A stretch of DNA of 64,000 bases from Perkinsela sp. CCAP 1560/9 (GCA_965644495.1 CBFFSA010000008.1:248001-312000); one strand, 5' to 3'. Shown: positions 9,245 to 19,701, counted from the stretch's first letter. The notes: generated from the sequence alone by a model not told the origin. Program-made: numbers and translations.

Positions 9245-10957
9245 TTATGTTTGTGAGACGGTATCAAGTCTTATTGTATTGATACCGTCTTCTAAATGTT
9301 GAAATACGCTCAGCATGACTCGAGTGTCAGTGGAGCAATACTCCAGCAAGTGTTTTCTAGTATGGCTCACCCATTTGGAAGATTGTTGACCGCTCATCCA
9401 TATTTTATATGCTAAGCTTGCTTGCATACCATCGCGAATACCACCCGGAAGATTCTTGTAAGAGTGCTCAGGAACTAAAATAGGTTGTATTCTTTTAAGG
9501 GAAGTTGAGCCCAGAAAACCTGGATGTCGATAATGCTGTTTAAAAGCTTTTTCCAAGTCCCAGAGTCTTTCGCGTATCGAAAGAAGAAAAGAACGTAGCC
9601 CTGCTGGTATGGTGTGAGTGGCGTTGCTCATTAATGTCAGGATAGATGCCTCAAAGGCTGCGTGATGACATATTATACTGCCTTCAGAGTGCAAAATAGT
9701 TTGTAGCGCCTGAGCAATATTGACACGAGGGTCAGAGGTGGGTTCCGTTTCTGAGCCAAGATGTAGATATTCATAGTGCTTGATTGGCGATCCCGATTCT
9801 GTTTGATAGTGTATAGATACTTGAAATGGAATGTGTTCGTACGGACGACAATTCCATGGCACAACAGGAATACTAATTGTTTCGAAATCTAAAAAATAGC
9901 GTGGATATGCGACCTTCTCAATGAGCTCCCGAATTCCTGACCAATCAACTACTGGCACCCCTTGACGCACAAGCTCTATGTGACTTTTTTGAAAAGGGGA
10001 TAATTTCACCACCTCAGTGGTTCGCGTGTCCGCAACAGAAATTATGTTAGCTTCGCGAAGTTCGTGCAATTGGGCTGCTTTTATGCGAGGGATATGATAA
10101 ATGCTATCCACTTTTTCGTAGTTTTCAGGGAAACACCTCTTCATGTAGATACATGGCGAAGGCTTTTTGCATCTCTGTCCAAGAAGGGAACTTGGATCAT
10201 CGGGAGCATTGCTGAAAAATATCTTTCGAGCCTTTTCTATCTGCTCTTGACCAGAATTCAATAAATCGCGTACATGATCAGTAATGTTCCATGGAACCAA
10301 TAAGGTGTCTAAATTTAATTCCTTTACTGGCCCTTCGAAGTTTTTGTTTATTCCAAAAACTAGTTGACTTCTAATCGGACAGTATTTACTGACGACGATG
10401 TGCGCAAAAGCAAATTTCAGAAGCGCATCTTTGTCTTCCGGCGGTTTAGTACCATAGGATAAGTGATAAACGTCGAAGCAATCATCCTGAGCATCATAAT
10501 GCAGCCCATCAATATATGCTTGGATGTTGTCTTGCTTAACCGTAACTTGTAGCCAAAGGCGGTTTTTTGGAGAAGTGACACTCGGCTGTATGCTTTGTGC
10601 ATCTAAGCTCGAAAAAAGCAATTCAAGTTCGGCATTTATTCCTTTAATAGGAAAAGACGTTCTCTTCGCTTTACCTGCGTGTCTATGAGCATATCTATGA
10701 CGATTCTTAGAGCATGTTTGCCTGAAAATGCTAAATAATTCATCTTCGCACCATGTGCGTACAAACTCTTGGGGAAGATCAACGACGTCTGAGTTCTGAG
10801 TAAGGTTAGTTTCATCTTTGTAGGGATCATGCAAATCAAACCATAAACGACGAGGACAACGCAATGCCTGATGAAAGAATCGTGAAGATAGAATCTCAGA
10901 TACATCTAGGGCGAGACGCGTGTGCCAGACCATGCGAAGCATACACGTTTTTAACAT
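9245..10957 (-). CDS. DUF2779-type protein: Cas4/RecB-like N-terminal domain plus RNase H-like (DEDD) C-terminal domain
   Basis: LRCPRRLW, RCKKPSPCIYMKRC, YPRYFLDFET, RPYEHIPFQVSIH, SDPR, HHAAFE, LWDLEKAF, YRHPGFLGSTSLK, IRDG..AS, LLEYCSTDT. Confidence 0.85.
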   Translation of the reverse strand: MLKTCMLRMVWHTRLALDVSEILSSRFFHQALRCPRRLWFDLHDPYKDETNLTQNSDVVDLPQEFVRTWCEDELFSIFRQTCSKNRHRYAHRHAGKAKRTSFPIKGINAELELLFSSLDAQSIQPSVTSPKNRLWLQVTVKQDNIQAYIDGLHYDAQDDCFDVYHLSYGTKPPEDKDALLKFAFAHIVVSKYCPIRSQLVFGINKNFEGPVKELNLDTLLVPWNITDHVRDLLNSGQEQIEKARKIFFSNAPDDPSSLLGQRCKKPSPCIYMKRCFPENYEKVDSIYHIPRIKAAQLHELREANIISVADTRTTEVVKLSPFQKSHIELVRQGVPVVDWSGIRELIEKVAYPRYFLDFETISIPVVPWNCRPYEHIPFQVSIHYQTESGSPIKHYEYLHLGSETEPTSDPRVNIAQALQTILHSEGSIICHHAAFEASILTLMSNATHTIPAGLRSFLLSIRERLWDLEKAFKQHYRHPGFLGSTSLKRIQPILVPEHSYKNLPGGIRDGMQASLAYKIWMSGQQSSKWVSHTRKHLLEYCSTDTRVMLSVFQHLEDGINTIRLDTVSQT

Positions 10958-11115
10958 AATGCATACACAAACATAATAATAATATAAATTATTTCTTGCC
11001 TTTCAGTCACTAAAGTACTGCTCTCTCGCTAAGTAAAAAAATAAAAGAATATTTATCGAAGACCACCTTAAAGTATTTAGAGTACCTTTTGAAGCGCTCA
11101 TTGTAGGGATGAACT

Positions 11116-12696
11116 TTAAAACACACTAGCGTTTGCAACTAACAATCTGAATTGTTGATGCATTTCCTCACGCGAGGCATTCCACGAGATTTCTAGTACA
11201 CCTTTTGATGTGTGCCGCAATAAGGCCTTTTCACTTTGTACTAGTATCAAGATTTGAGTAGAATCTGAGCATTGTTTCCATGAATTGGTAAGCTCGGAGT
11301 GAATTTTCTCCATTGATTCAAGAAAATGCTTAAAACATGACAAGTAGGCTGCTGATTGATCTTGTCTAAGACTATTCCCAATTTCAACACTAAGTCTCGG
11401 AAAGTCTTTGCGCAACATACATAATAATGATTTGATGGAGCTCCAGTGTAACGCACGTTCAACAACAATGCCACCTAGATCTCGAATAGCCCGTAGAACC
11501 TGTTCAACACTCACAGAAGGATCCATAATTAGACAGCCATTATCTGAAACTTCAACATTCCTCTTGACCGCAACATCACGCGCTACGCGCAACTCACGTG
11601 ATACACGCAAAGTGACATGCAAAGAAAAAGCAGGATTTCTTAGAGTATCGTATCGCACCTGAGTGGCTCGAATTTTAGGCGCGGCGTTCAACATACTATC
11701 CGTAAAGGAGTATAGAACATCATTCTGTTCTGTTATAGATGGAATCAGGAACACTTCCCGAATCTGAAGTAAGCGTCTAATTTTGCTTGCCATGTGTTGA
11801 AGATGATCGAGCACTGGAGCATCTTCATGTCGATGCATGCGTGCTAGGTCTTGACATTCACGCCATTGACTTGCGGATAACGAAAAAAGAAAGCGATCTG
11901 CTGTTTTGATAGCTTCCATAGCAATGATGATACATCCATCAGGGGCAATAGAATGTACGCGTTCTAAAATTTTAACTGTAGGGAAAGAAAAAACAAGAGT
12001 TACACCGGTTCGAATTGATTGTCCTCTCCAGTTATCATAAAGCTCCGAAATGTAAGACACTGCGTCGTGCAGAGCAGCTAGCTCTGTTGGTTGCATAAAG
12101 TAATGCCGAAAGGGAGTTAATCCACGACGGGCGTAAAATTCCTCATCAACGAGAGGTGAAGGTCGTATGGACTCGAGTTCCGGCTTTGACAAAGACATCG
12201 TCCTACCGGTGGGGGCTTCAACTATTATAAAGATTCCGTATCGGCGTAATTTTTCAACCGACTGATTAAGTAGAGGGCATATACTGTGGCCGGTTTCGGC
12301 ATCAGAAGGAAAAATGCATAGTTTTTCCCATGGAAAAATAAAGTCATCTGTGACTCCCAACTTCCGAAACACGTTCCGAAGTCGAGCTTTCAAGAATGCA
12401 GGTGATTCCCCAAAGCGCAATTCCTCGAAAATTCGAGTCGCTTTTAATTCGTTAGTTTGGATATCTTTCGGGGAGGCTTCCGGAAACCAAAAGGTCAAGA
12501 GCACCTTGCGGCGTTGTTGATATGATTCACTGAACAGGGATGGATTTTTGCTTTGAAAAGACATCAAAAACCTGTCTAGAGCCATCATAGATTGAGTATT
12601 GACATATCGTTTCTCATCAAGAGCAACCGTTGCCACATTCCGAAGCTCAAGTACATTCTTCACGTGTTTTATAGTCGCCTCCCAGGAGCGTTTCAT
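11116..12696 (-). CDS. Hypothetical protein (weak resemblance to TCAIM/DUF4460 family)
   Basis: 526-aa ORF on the cluster strand. VNTQSMMALDRFL loosely resembles the DUF4460 motif; the family call is weak. Confidence 0.6.
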   Translation of the reverse strand: MKRSWEATIKHVKNVLELRNVATVALDEKRYVNTQSMMALDRFLMSFQSKNPSLFSESYQQRRKVLLTFWFPEASPKDIQTNELKATRIFEELRFGESPAFLKARLRNVFRKLGVTDDFIFPWEKLCIFPSDAETGHSICPLLNQSVEKLRRYGIFIIVEAPTGRTMSLSKPELESIRPSPLVDEEFYARRGLTPFRHYFMQPTELAALHDAVSYISELYDNWRGQSIRTGVTLVFSFPTVKILERVHSIAPDGCIIIAMEAIKTADRFLFSLSASQWRECQDLARMHRHEDAPVLDHLQHMASKIRRLLQIREVFLIPSITEQNDVLYSFTDSMLNAAPKIRATQVRYDTLRNPAFSLHVTLRVSRELRVARDVAVKRNVEVSDNGCLIMDPSVSVEQVLRAIRDLGGIVVERALHWSSIKSLLCMLRKDFPRLSVEIGNSLRQDQSAAYLSCFKHFLESMEKIHSELTNSWKQCSDSTQILILVQSEKALLRHTSKGVLEISWNASREEMHQQFRLLVANASVF

Positions 12697-13804
12697 AAGG
12701 CCTTTAACCTAGAATCCCCTGATATTCCTAAATCGTTGACTCAAGGATATGTCATGTTCGTAGGATATGCCATGTCGGGTGGTTCATCTTACAGTAATAG
12801 CTTAAAAAGGGGCATAATGCGCATACTTTTGTAAATGTAAAACAGTATCCATGTGAATTCCTGTACAAAAGTGACATCTTGTAATCGTGTTGACCATGAA
12901 CAGGATTAACATTAGGCCTTCCTATGGTATTTAGCAAAAGGATGAAATGGTCAGAATTTCAATGATGTGTATTGGTTAAGTGTAGGAACTTCGTGAAAAG
13001 CGCCTTAGAATTTTGTTATACACATTTAAAATGTGACATTTTTGTTTTCTCCTCACTTCTTTATAAAGAAATCCTTACGTTTTACAGAATACCCATGTTG
13101 TATCGAATAATTTGCATACTGTACCCTCATTTATTATTGAGAGCTCACCCCCCGTAATAGGGGACTAAATAGGGGGACTAATGCCAGGCAAAGGTAGCAA
13201 GCAGCGTCTTTTCACCCTCTGACGATGTTCCCGAGTTAAAATGACAGGACTGCAAGATGGTTAAACGTGTTTGCCATTAGCAATTAAAATACTGACGAAG
13301 AAAATCATCATAAAGCCATTCCCATTATGAATGACGGAAGTATTTACATGACCCTTGAATATTGGTTTTACCTCAATTCCTTTCTTTCTCTATCAAGGAT
13401 TCTTAGCTAGAGTCCTCGATCGATTAAAAACAGTGCCCCTTTGTGGCCTATCAGAGTTCCTCGCATATTTCCAGTAGCACTTGAACTATCAGCTTGCCCA
13501 TTGGATTGTCGTGAAGAGCACATACATGTATTTGTTGTATAAAAGTCAAAAGTAAACTAGAACAATAAATAAGAATAATTGTGCAACTTCCAATGAATAA
13601 TGTGTGTTCAGTTTGACCAACACGCCGTATCTTAAGCAAATTTCCAGAACATTTTATCATAATACTTCGCTACATGCATTCAGCATACTAGATTTAAAGC
13701 ATACACTTCATTTACCATCCGATTTTTATCATGGACACTAATAGTTCTTGCTTACACATGAGCTTCTTAATCTTACGTGCTTTCTCATTCCCCAAAATTC
13801 TTCT

Positions 13805-14197
13805 TTAATAGAAGAACCCCAAGATTTTTCCTCCGGTGTGGCGCTTTTTCGCTTCTTCATGATCCATGATTCCCAGAGATGTCGTAAGGACGAGATATCC
13901 AAATTGACGTGAAGGCAACAAGGAACCAACCCAGTGCTCGTACGCACCATGGGTGATATCATACCGAGGAGAAATTACACCGACTTTATTTAAACGTCCG
14001 TTGAGATTAACCACTACTTTACCCCGACGGTGATCATCGATAATCTCAAAGTCTCCGATATAACCATGTTTTTGCATCACCTCAAGAAAACGCACAATCA
14101 CTTTAGACGAAGGACGAATAAGCACTTGTCGTTTACCGCGGCGTTCCGCACTGCTAAGGTTTGATAGCGCGTTCCCCAAAGAAGACATTAACGTCAT
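13805..14197 (-). CDS. RPS15A: 40S ribosomal protein S15a (uS8)
   Basis: [41 protein letters not shown]...LLPSRQFG...GIMDHEEA...GGKILGFFY. Confidence 0.99.
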   Translation of the reverse strand: MTLMSSLGNALSNLSSAERRGKRQVLIRPSSKVIVRFLEVMQKHGYIGDFEIIDDHRRGKVVVNLNGRLNKVGVISPRYDITHGAYEHWVGSLLPSRQFGYLVLTTSLGIMDHEEAKKRHTGGKILGFFY

Positions 14198-15007
14198 TTT
14201 CTTGATGGTTGTAAATATATTCCGAAAGTATGAACTCTGATTTGTTCGTAAATAATTTAATTCTCCAGTGTATCAAATTATAATCTGATGGTAGTCGTAA
14301 CAATGATAACATCATTGAACACGCACTGTCAATGGGTGATTTAGATTAAAATTAGTAAATGTTTGGTCACATATGATTGCTCTAAAGTTATTTGTATGTA
14401 CACAATGTAGTACACAGATTCTTATCATGAAGACACATATTCTTAGGTACTGTGACCCCCCCCTTTAATATGGACACTTTTTCGGCTTTTGTCCATAATA
14501 AAGGGGGGGGCGATGAAAGGGGTGTGAAAAAAAATTCGGCGCCGCTTCGCGGCACCTTTTTTACTTATAATACGACAAAAAATCAAATTTGTAAAATCCA
14601 TGTCCAGGAGAGAGGGCGAGGAGAGCAGAGGAAGAGGGCGGGGGAGGAGGGCGTCAATGAGGGGTGAAGGGGCACTTCTTCATAAGGGTGAAGGGTACAT
14701 GGAGGATATACATTATTGATGTACACTATAATTAGGAATAAAAAATTAACAACAAGCAAAAAATCATGCATGCTCACATTCAGCTCTATATTCCGTGTAG
14801 CTATAAAGGTTCCATTCAGTTAAATTGTAGATGTTCTAACGTAAAAGTCGAGCCCAAACTTCCTACTCATACAAAGTTTCACACAAATGAACTAAAGGTG
14901 GAAAGAAAGAACTTACGTTCACGACGGGAAAAAACAAGACCAACGTTAAGAGCTCACGTAAAAAAACCCACGTAAACTTATCACAACAAAATTAAATAAC
15001 AGCCCTT

Positions 15008-16600
15008 TTACAATTCAAAAGTATCATCATACGCTACTGACTGATCCCACCCCTCTGTGTCCATGTCCCCGCGGTCATTGTCTGGATGAAGCATTAGTTG
15101 CCCTAAACAATCTTGAGTGTCAATTATTTCCTCATCGTGAAGCTCTTCAGTGAGGGCAGGACGATGAGACAGAGCACCGGGAACGCATGGTCGCCATGTT
15201 TTTGAGATATTTTTGCGTGTGAGCTTGTTCTCCACGGGAACTAAAAAAAGCAAGTTACACAGATTGTTTACCAAATGGAGCCCGCATTCATTCGTCATTG
15301 GTTGCTGTTGCGGCACTGCGGCGTATTTAATCTTCATCTCCGCAGAGAAACCTATCAGCAGACGCATGTGAATCATGATGCTGTTCAGAAAATCAGATCG
15401 AGCAGAGGGACAATATGTTTCGTAACTGGCGAAAACAGTTAGCCCAAACCTCTGGAAATTGACAAGGATAAAATGCCCATTAAAAATTAAAGCCGCGGCT
15501 ATTCGACGAACCGATGTAATATGCTGTTTTGGCTCGCGGCCCAGGCCTAACATCAACTGCGTCTGTCCGGTATTTAGGAACATGAGATGCCTGTCTGCAT
15601 TAGGCAATTCCCGATATACCTCCATTACGTTTTGGCAGAGCTGATCCACCGCGTGCGTGGTAAGACAGCTTTTGGGACGTCGAAATTTTTTCCACGTATC
15701 AACCAGGGTGGGAGGAGTCTCCTCTGTTTCCGGCACAACAATCGGCTCATTTCGTGAAGACTCTATTTGTGGTGAAATTTCCTCACGGACTTTTATCTCA
15801 GCTTTCGCTTTTCTGGTTGGTTCACTTTCGGGATCCTTCTCGCTCCATGGATACTCTGTAGCTGGTTGCTTGATGTACCTGCGGGCGGCGTTAAGAATAG
15901 TGTTGTGATGCTTTACCCATACTCTCGAATGGGCCTCTTTTATCCACTCCAGCACCAAATAACGAGTTACCTTACACGAAGAGTTCTGTATTCGCCATGC
16001 ACTGAGCAATTCATTGTACGCCCTCTTAAATAGGCGATTGAATACTCGGTCGTGAATTTGGATCGCTTTCGTGCACCCGCCAGGAATTGTGTGCGGGTCA
16101 CAGTTGACGGGAATATCATCAGTGCGATGCCCCGTGAAGTCGTCAGTAACGATGGCCGTTGAAGATTGTTCCAGGGTAAGTGGCAAGTATCGGTGCATCA
16201 TGCGGGGATATATATCATCTCGCACCCATCCAGAAGAGCTCACATCAATAAATATCCCTTTCAATTTATTCGCGTAACTCGTCATTTCCGAATAAATTGT
16301 TGAGCTTTCTCTGCGCTTCGCTCCGTGCTCAAAAATTACAGTCGGGTGGAGCGGGTAAACTTCGCCGGCCCCTAAATCATAGACGCCCGCAAGAAATGCG
16401 GTTACTGTTTCCTTTGGGTTTGTATCCACTACCTTAGGTTGCGGGCACCCTACCGGAGCAAGTGTGTACCCTTGCACCTCTCCATTGACAAACATGGCGG
16501 TTTCATCCCCGAAAAGCGCGAAACGGTAGCAACGGACTGTGTTTTGAACGTAGAGCTTTTCAGCCCAATGAGAAATTCTGAGGTTCACATCAGCGGGGGC
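15008..16600 (-). CDS. Transposase C-terminal part: DDE_1 (DD30D) catalytic domain fused to a Ulp1/C48-like protease; +1 frame relative to the N-terminal part
   Basis: Transposase motifs FGDETAM, SSGW, IVTDDFTGH, PGGCTKAIQIHDRVFNRLFK; then protease-like motifs FLNT, NGHFILV, VPQQQPMTNECGLHLV. Confidence 0.85.
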   Translation of the reverse strand, partial: APADVNLRISHWAEKLYVQNTVRCYRFALFGDETAMFVNGEVQGYTLAPVGCPQPKVVDTNPKETVTAFLAGVYDLGAGEVYPLHPTVIFEHGAKRRESSTIYSEMTSYANKLKGIFIDVSSSGWVRDDIYPRMMHRYLPLTLEQSSTAIVTDDFTGHRTDDIPVNCDPHTIPGGCTKAIQIHDRVFNRLFKRAYNELLSAWRIQNSSCKVTRYLVLEWIKEAHSRVWVKHHNTILNAARRYIKQPATEYPWSEKDPESEPTRKAKAEIKVREEISPQIESSRNEPIVVPETEETPPTLVDTWKKFRRPKSCLTTHAVDQLCQNVMEVYRELPNADRHLMFLNTGQTQLMLGLGREPKQHITSVRRIAAALIFNGHFILVNFQRFGLTVFASYETYCPSARSDFLNSIMIHMRLLIGFSAEMKIKYAAVPQQQPMTNECGLHLVNNLCNLLFLVPVENKLTRKNISKTWRPCVPGALSHRPALTEELHDEEIIDTQDCLGQLMLHPDNDRGDMDTEGWDQSVAYDDTFEL

Positions 16601-17174
16601 TAAGCACTGTATTCTGCCCCACCGCCGCCACACCCAAACCATAGTACCGTCTGAACTTCGCATAAGTGTCTTCCAAAGCACTAATTGAAGTCAATCCCGT
16701 ATTTTGTCGTATCATGTCGATGACGATATTTCTGGTGAGGGGACACCATAACGAGGAGGCTTGAACGCAGGAGCGGTGTACCCGTTCCATTGCCTCAGAC
16801 TTATTGTAGCAAACTGCTTCGGGATCATTGTAGTCGCCTCCTCGAACGTTAAAAGCACGATTCCTGTGGTTGCTCCCCATGGAACGATCAATGAGTTTTT
16901 GAAAGTAGCTCATACCGTGGCTACGGATTTCATATACTCCGCTTCGCGAAATTCCGTATTTTTCTCGGATTCTTTTTACCGAGAGAGTCGATCGGCAGAT
17001 TTCGCGCTTCTCGTATATATTAAGCTCAGTTCGTCCCCTTTTCTCCTTTACGTGGATATCTAAAGAAGCGTGGACATTGCGCTCATTTGTAATCAACATT
17101 GTTGGATTACCTACCTGTGGCTTTGGGGGTGTTGCCTTAATCCAAGAGGTTAAGGGTCCTTCCACGGAATTCAT
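16590..17174 (-). CDS. Transposase N-terminal part (CENP-B/psq-like HTH DNA-binding domains)
   Basis: RTELNIYEKREIC...SVKRIREKYGISRSGVYEI and PLTRNIV...YAKFRRYYGL resemble the two pogo/CENP-B HTH domains. Confidence 0.8.
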   Translation of the reverse strand: MNSVEGPLTSWIKATPPKPQVGNPTMLITNERNVHASLDIHVKEKRGRTELNIYEKREICRSTLSVKRIREKYGISRSGVYEIRSHGMSYFQKLIDRSMGSNHRNRAFNVRGGDYNDPEAVCYNKSEAMERVHRSCVQASSLWCPLTRNIVIDMIRQNTGLTSISALEDTYAKFRRYYGLGVAAVGQNTVLSPR

Positions 17175-17434
17175 TAGGTTGAAAAATGACTGAAATATAT
17201 GAACATGACGAACTATGTGAAAGCTGATAAAATTACCTAGCTACAGATACCCTAAAAAACAGAAAAAAAGAGACAAAAAAAAGGGTACGTCAAAAAAAAA
17301 AATTGGCGCCGCTGCGCGGCGCACGGTCGGATTTGTCCACAATAAAGGGGGGGGATACCCCCTGTCCATATTAAAGGGGGGGGTCACAGTATATTTTTAG
17401 GCCCGCTCGGCATGCAGTTCTAATTTGAAATCTA

Positions 17435-19381
17435 CTATTCTTTAATAAAGGCCCGACAAAATTTATCCCGAATGTTAATTTCAGAGGTAGACTCTGAAGG
17501 GAGATTTAGCCCCAGTTCCAAAGCCATCTCATTTACATGGACTAGAAACGACAATACAGTTTGCTCCAGACAAAGTATTGTCTCCGAGTGAGCGTTCTTG
17601 AAAAATTGAACATGTTGAGAAGACGCAGAACGAATCAAATGTTTGTTGAGCCTTGCTGCCATCAATGCCAATGAATGTTCTAGATTGCGAAAACAATCTC
17701 TGATCGCATTCAAGGCTTTGTCTTTAGGCAAGCTTGAAAGACAAGATTTTACGCTCGAGACTGACTCCGCTAAGAAATTTTCACAACGGCAGGCTTTTCG
17801 TATTTTCGGAAACGAATAAGTCAAAAGCATATCCGTAACATACTTCCTTTGAGAGAGCCTTTGAATTGAAATCCAGCGTTCCTTTGTGACCTCGCAAGCC
17901 TCGGAAAACGATTCTGCGTCGACCGCAGAAAAGGCAGACACCATATACATTGAATGAATATATTCTATCAATGGGGCATATTTTCCTTGTCTCAAGCAGT
18001 ATGTTTTAAGAACGGAATGTGACTCGTGATCCCACAGAGTCAATGAGATTAGTATGTCTTCCTTCTTTAGTCCTTTGCACGCTAAAGAAATTTGCGCCAA
18101 GTCGTGAAGAGCCGAGCCGTACTTCACAAAGTATGGAATCAAGGGTGTGTACAGGCATTTGTAAGGCAATAATAAAAATTTGTATGTCAGGTGAGCGGTT
18201 TTAGTTTTAATGCAATCTTGAAGGTTTCGAATGTTCCACTCTAGTAACTCTCGTACGTATTCATTTTCGTTTGAAAATGTTTCTGGAAATTGTCGAGATA
18301 AAGCGAGAACGGAGAACAAGTAGCCGAATGTGTCTTGATCAGTTATCCATCTGAGGAAAGAATTCCAAACCGAGATAAGAGAAGGCGTTTCCGTTTTGAT
18401 GGTCAGATCTGTTGAACCAAAAATACTCGACAAAACATTGTATGTACTTAGATGGAGTCTCTGACATAGCATGAATTCTGCTGATAAGATGTAGTACACT
18501 CTTTCCAACAAAATCGCATAAACGTGAGTTGCTGATTTCGGATACTTGCAAGATGAATTTACGTCCCGGTTCACTGCTAGCAAACCATCAGACAAAGCGA
18601 TCTCTTGCAAAATGTGAATCGGTTTACTACAACGCTCTTTCTGCATTGATTTCAGTATGGACCCCAGTGTGCTTTGCAAAGCGCCAAAAAAAGCTTTGAT
18701 TTCTCTGGAATATAAAGGCTTGATTCGATGTATATATTTTTCCTGTAAAAATGCGTGTCCATTTCGATCCAACACTTGAGGAAGAGTCTCAAAAAAATAT
18801 TCACCGGGTAGAAGATATTTGGCGATTTGCTCATGGGAAGGCCAGTCAAGTCCACCGTGTGTAGCATTTTTACTCGTAGCAGCTTCGTGTATTCTGGATA
18901 TTTGTTTTAGCTGTCTTTGAAAATTAGCAACAAATAAGGAATACATTGTATAGTTTTGTGAAATAAGTTCATTAACGTGGTCACGAAGACCTCCGAGACC
19001 GTACTTCGAATCTAGAGATTTTTTCTGGTAGGTGCTCGTCGCTGCCGCAACAAATTTTGCTGCTTCAGTGGCAATTAATATTCCACTCGGAGAATCGAAT
19101 ATCAGTTCACCTTGCATTACAGATTGGAACGTATTTCTTACTGCGACCGGCAAGACAAAATCACACAAGATTTCCTGTAAACTTTCATGAACTGCGACAA
19201 GGTAGCTTTGTCTTTTTTGAAGTGTTGTGATATCTTCTTGAATACTTTCAACTGATTTGAGTTCTGCGTCGTATGTCTTTTTTAGTGTGAGCATTGAAGT
19301 TTCATAGTCGGAAGCCATTTGAATTAATTCAGTCAAACTCTCTTCTGTATCAGCGAGTACGTCCTCGTAGCAAATCTCCAT
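17435..19381 (-). CDS. Exocyst Sec3/Vps52-like helical tethering subunit
   Basis: N-terminal coiled coil; LQEKYIHRIKPLYSREIKAFF resembles the Sec3 core. Divergent. Confidence 0.5.
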   Translation of the reverse strand: MEICYEDVLADTEESLTELIQMASDYETSMLTLKKTYDAELKSVESIQEDITTLQKRQSYLVAVHESLQEILCDFVLPVAVRNTFQSVMQGELIFDSPSGILIATEAAKFVAAATSTYQKKSLDSKYGLGGLRDHVNELISQNYTMYSLFVANFQRQLKQISRIHEAATSKNATHGGLDWPSHEQIAKYLLPGEYFFETLPQVLDRNGHAFLQEKYIHRIKPLYSREIKAFFGALQSTLGSILKSMQKERCSKPIHILQEIALSDGLLAVNRDVNSSCKYPKSATHVYAILLERVYYILSAEFMLCQRLHLSTYNVLSSIFGSTDLTIKTETPSLISVWNSFLRWITDQDTFGYLFSVLALSRQFPETFSNENEYVRELLEWNIRNLQDCIKTKTAHLTYKFLLLPYKCLYTPLIPYFVKYGSALHDLAQISLACKGLKKEDILISLTLWDHESHSVLKTYCLRQGKYAPLIEYIHSMYMVSAFSAVDAESFSEACEVTKERWISIQRLSQRKYVTDMLLTYSFPKIRKACRCENFLAESVSSVKSCLSSLPKDKALNAIRDCFRNLEHSLALMAARLNKHLIRSASSQHVQFFKNAHSETILCLEQTVLSFLVHVNEMALELGLNLPSESTSEINIRDKFCRAFIKE

Positions 19382-19701
19382 GACTTGGAAGAACGGATCA
19401 AGTGATTGGTCTCAATTCTAAAGCAAGATTATCTTTCCTCCGTCTATGTCACAATATGAAACTTCATGAAAATATGCTGAAGCAAGTAGGAATCACATTG
19501 AATTAGCTAAACGTTTTTAAAAAATCGCATCGAGTTAAACAACTAACTCTACAATTCTATTCTTTACTCTATATTATGATTGAGAAAAAATCAAGTTTCA
19601 CTAGCCATGCAGAGTCATACGATTTCTCTAAAAGGTCAGAACAGAAAGGAAGAAAGAAGGAAGATAATGTTTGCGCTATATTTGATGTCAAGAAATCACA
19701 C

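Larger units (their letters stand above)
14450..17389 (-). mobile_element. pogo-like (IS630-Tc1-mariner-related) DNA transposon, 2,940 bp
   Basis: Perfect 27-bp TIRs ctgtgacccccccctttaatatggaca (14450-14476 / 17363-17389). TA on both sides (14448-9, 17390-1). Internal transposase ORFs. Confidence 0.95.

Noticed and set aside
9245-10957. Cas4-like protein as part of a CRISPR or casposon system
   Set aside because: No array, Cas1 or polymerase nearby; the architecture is the stand-alone DUF2779 type.
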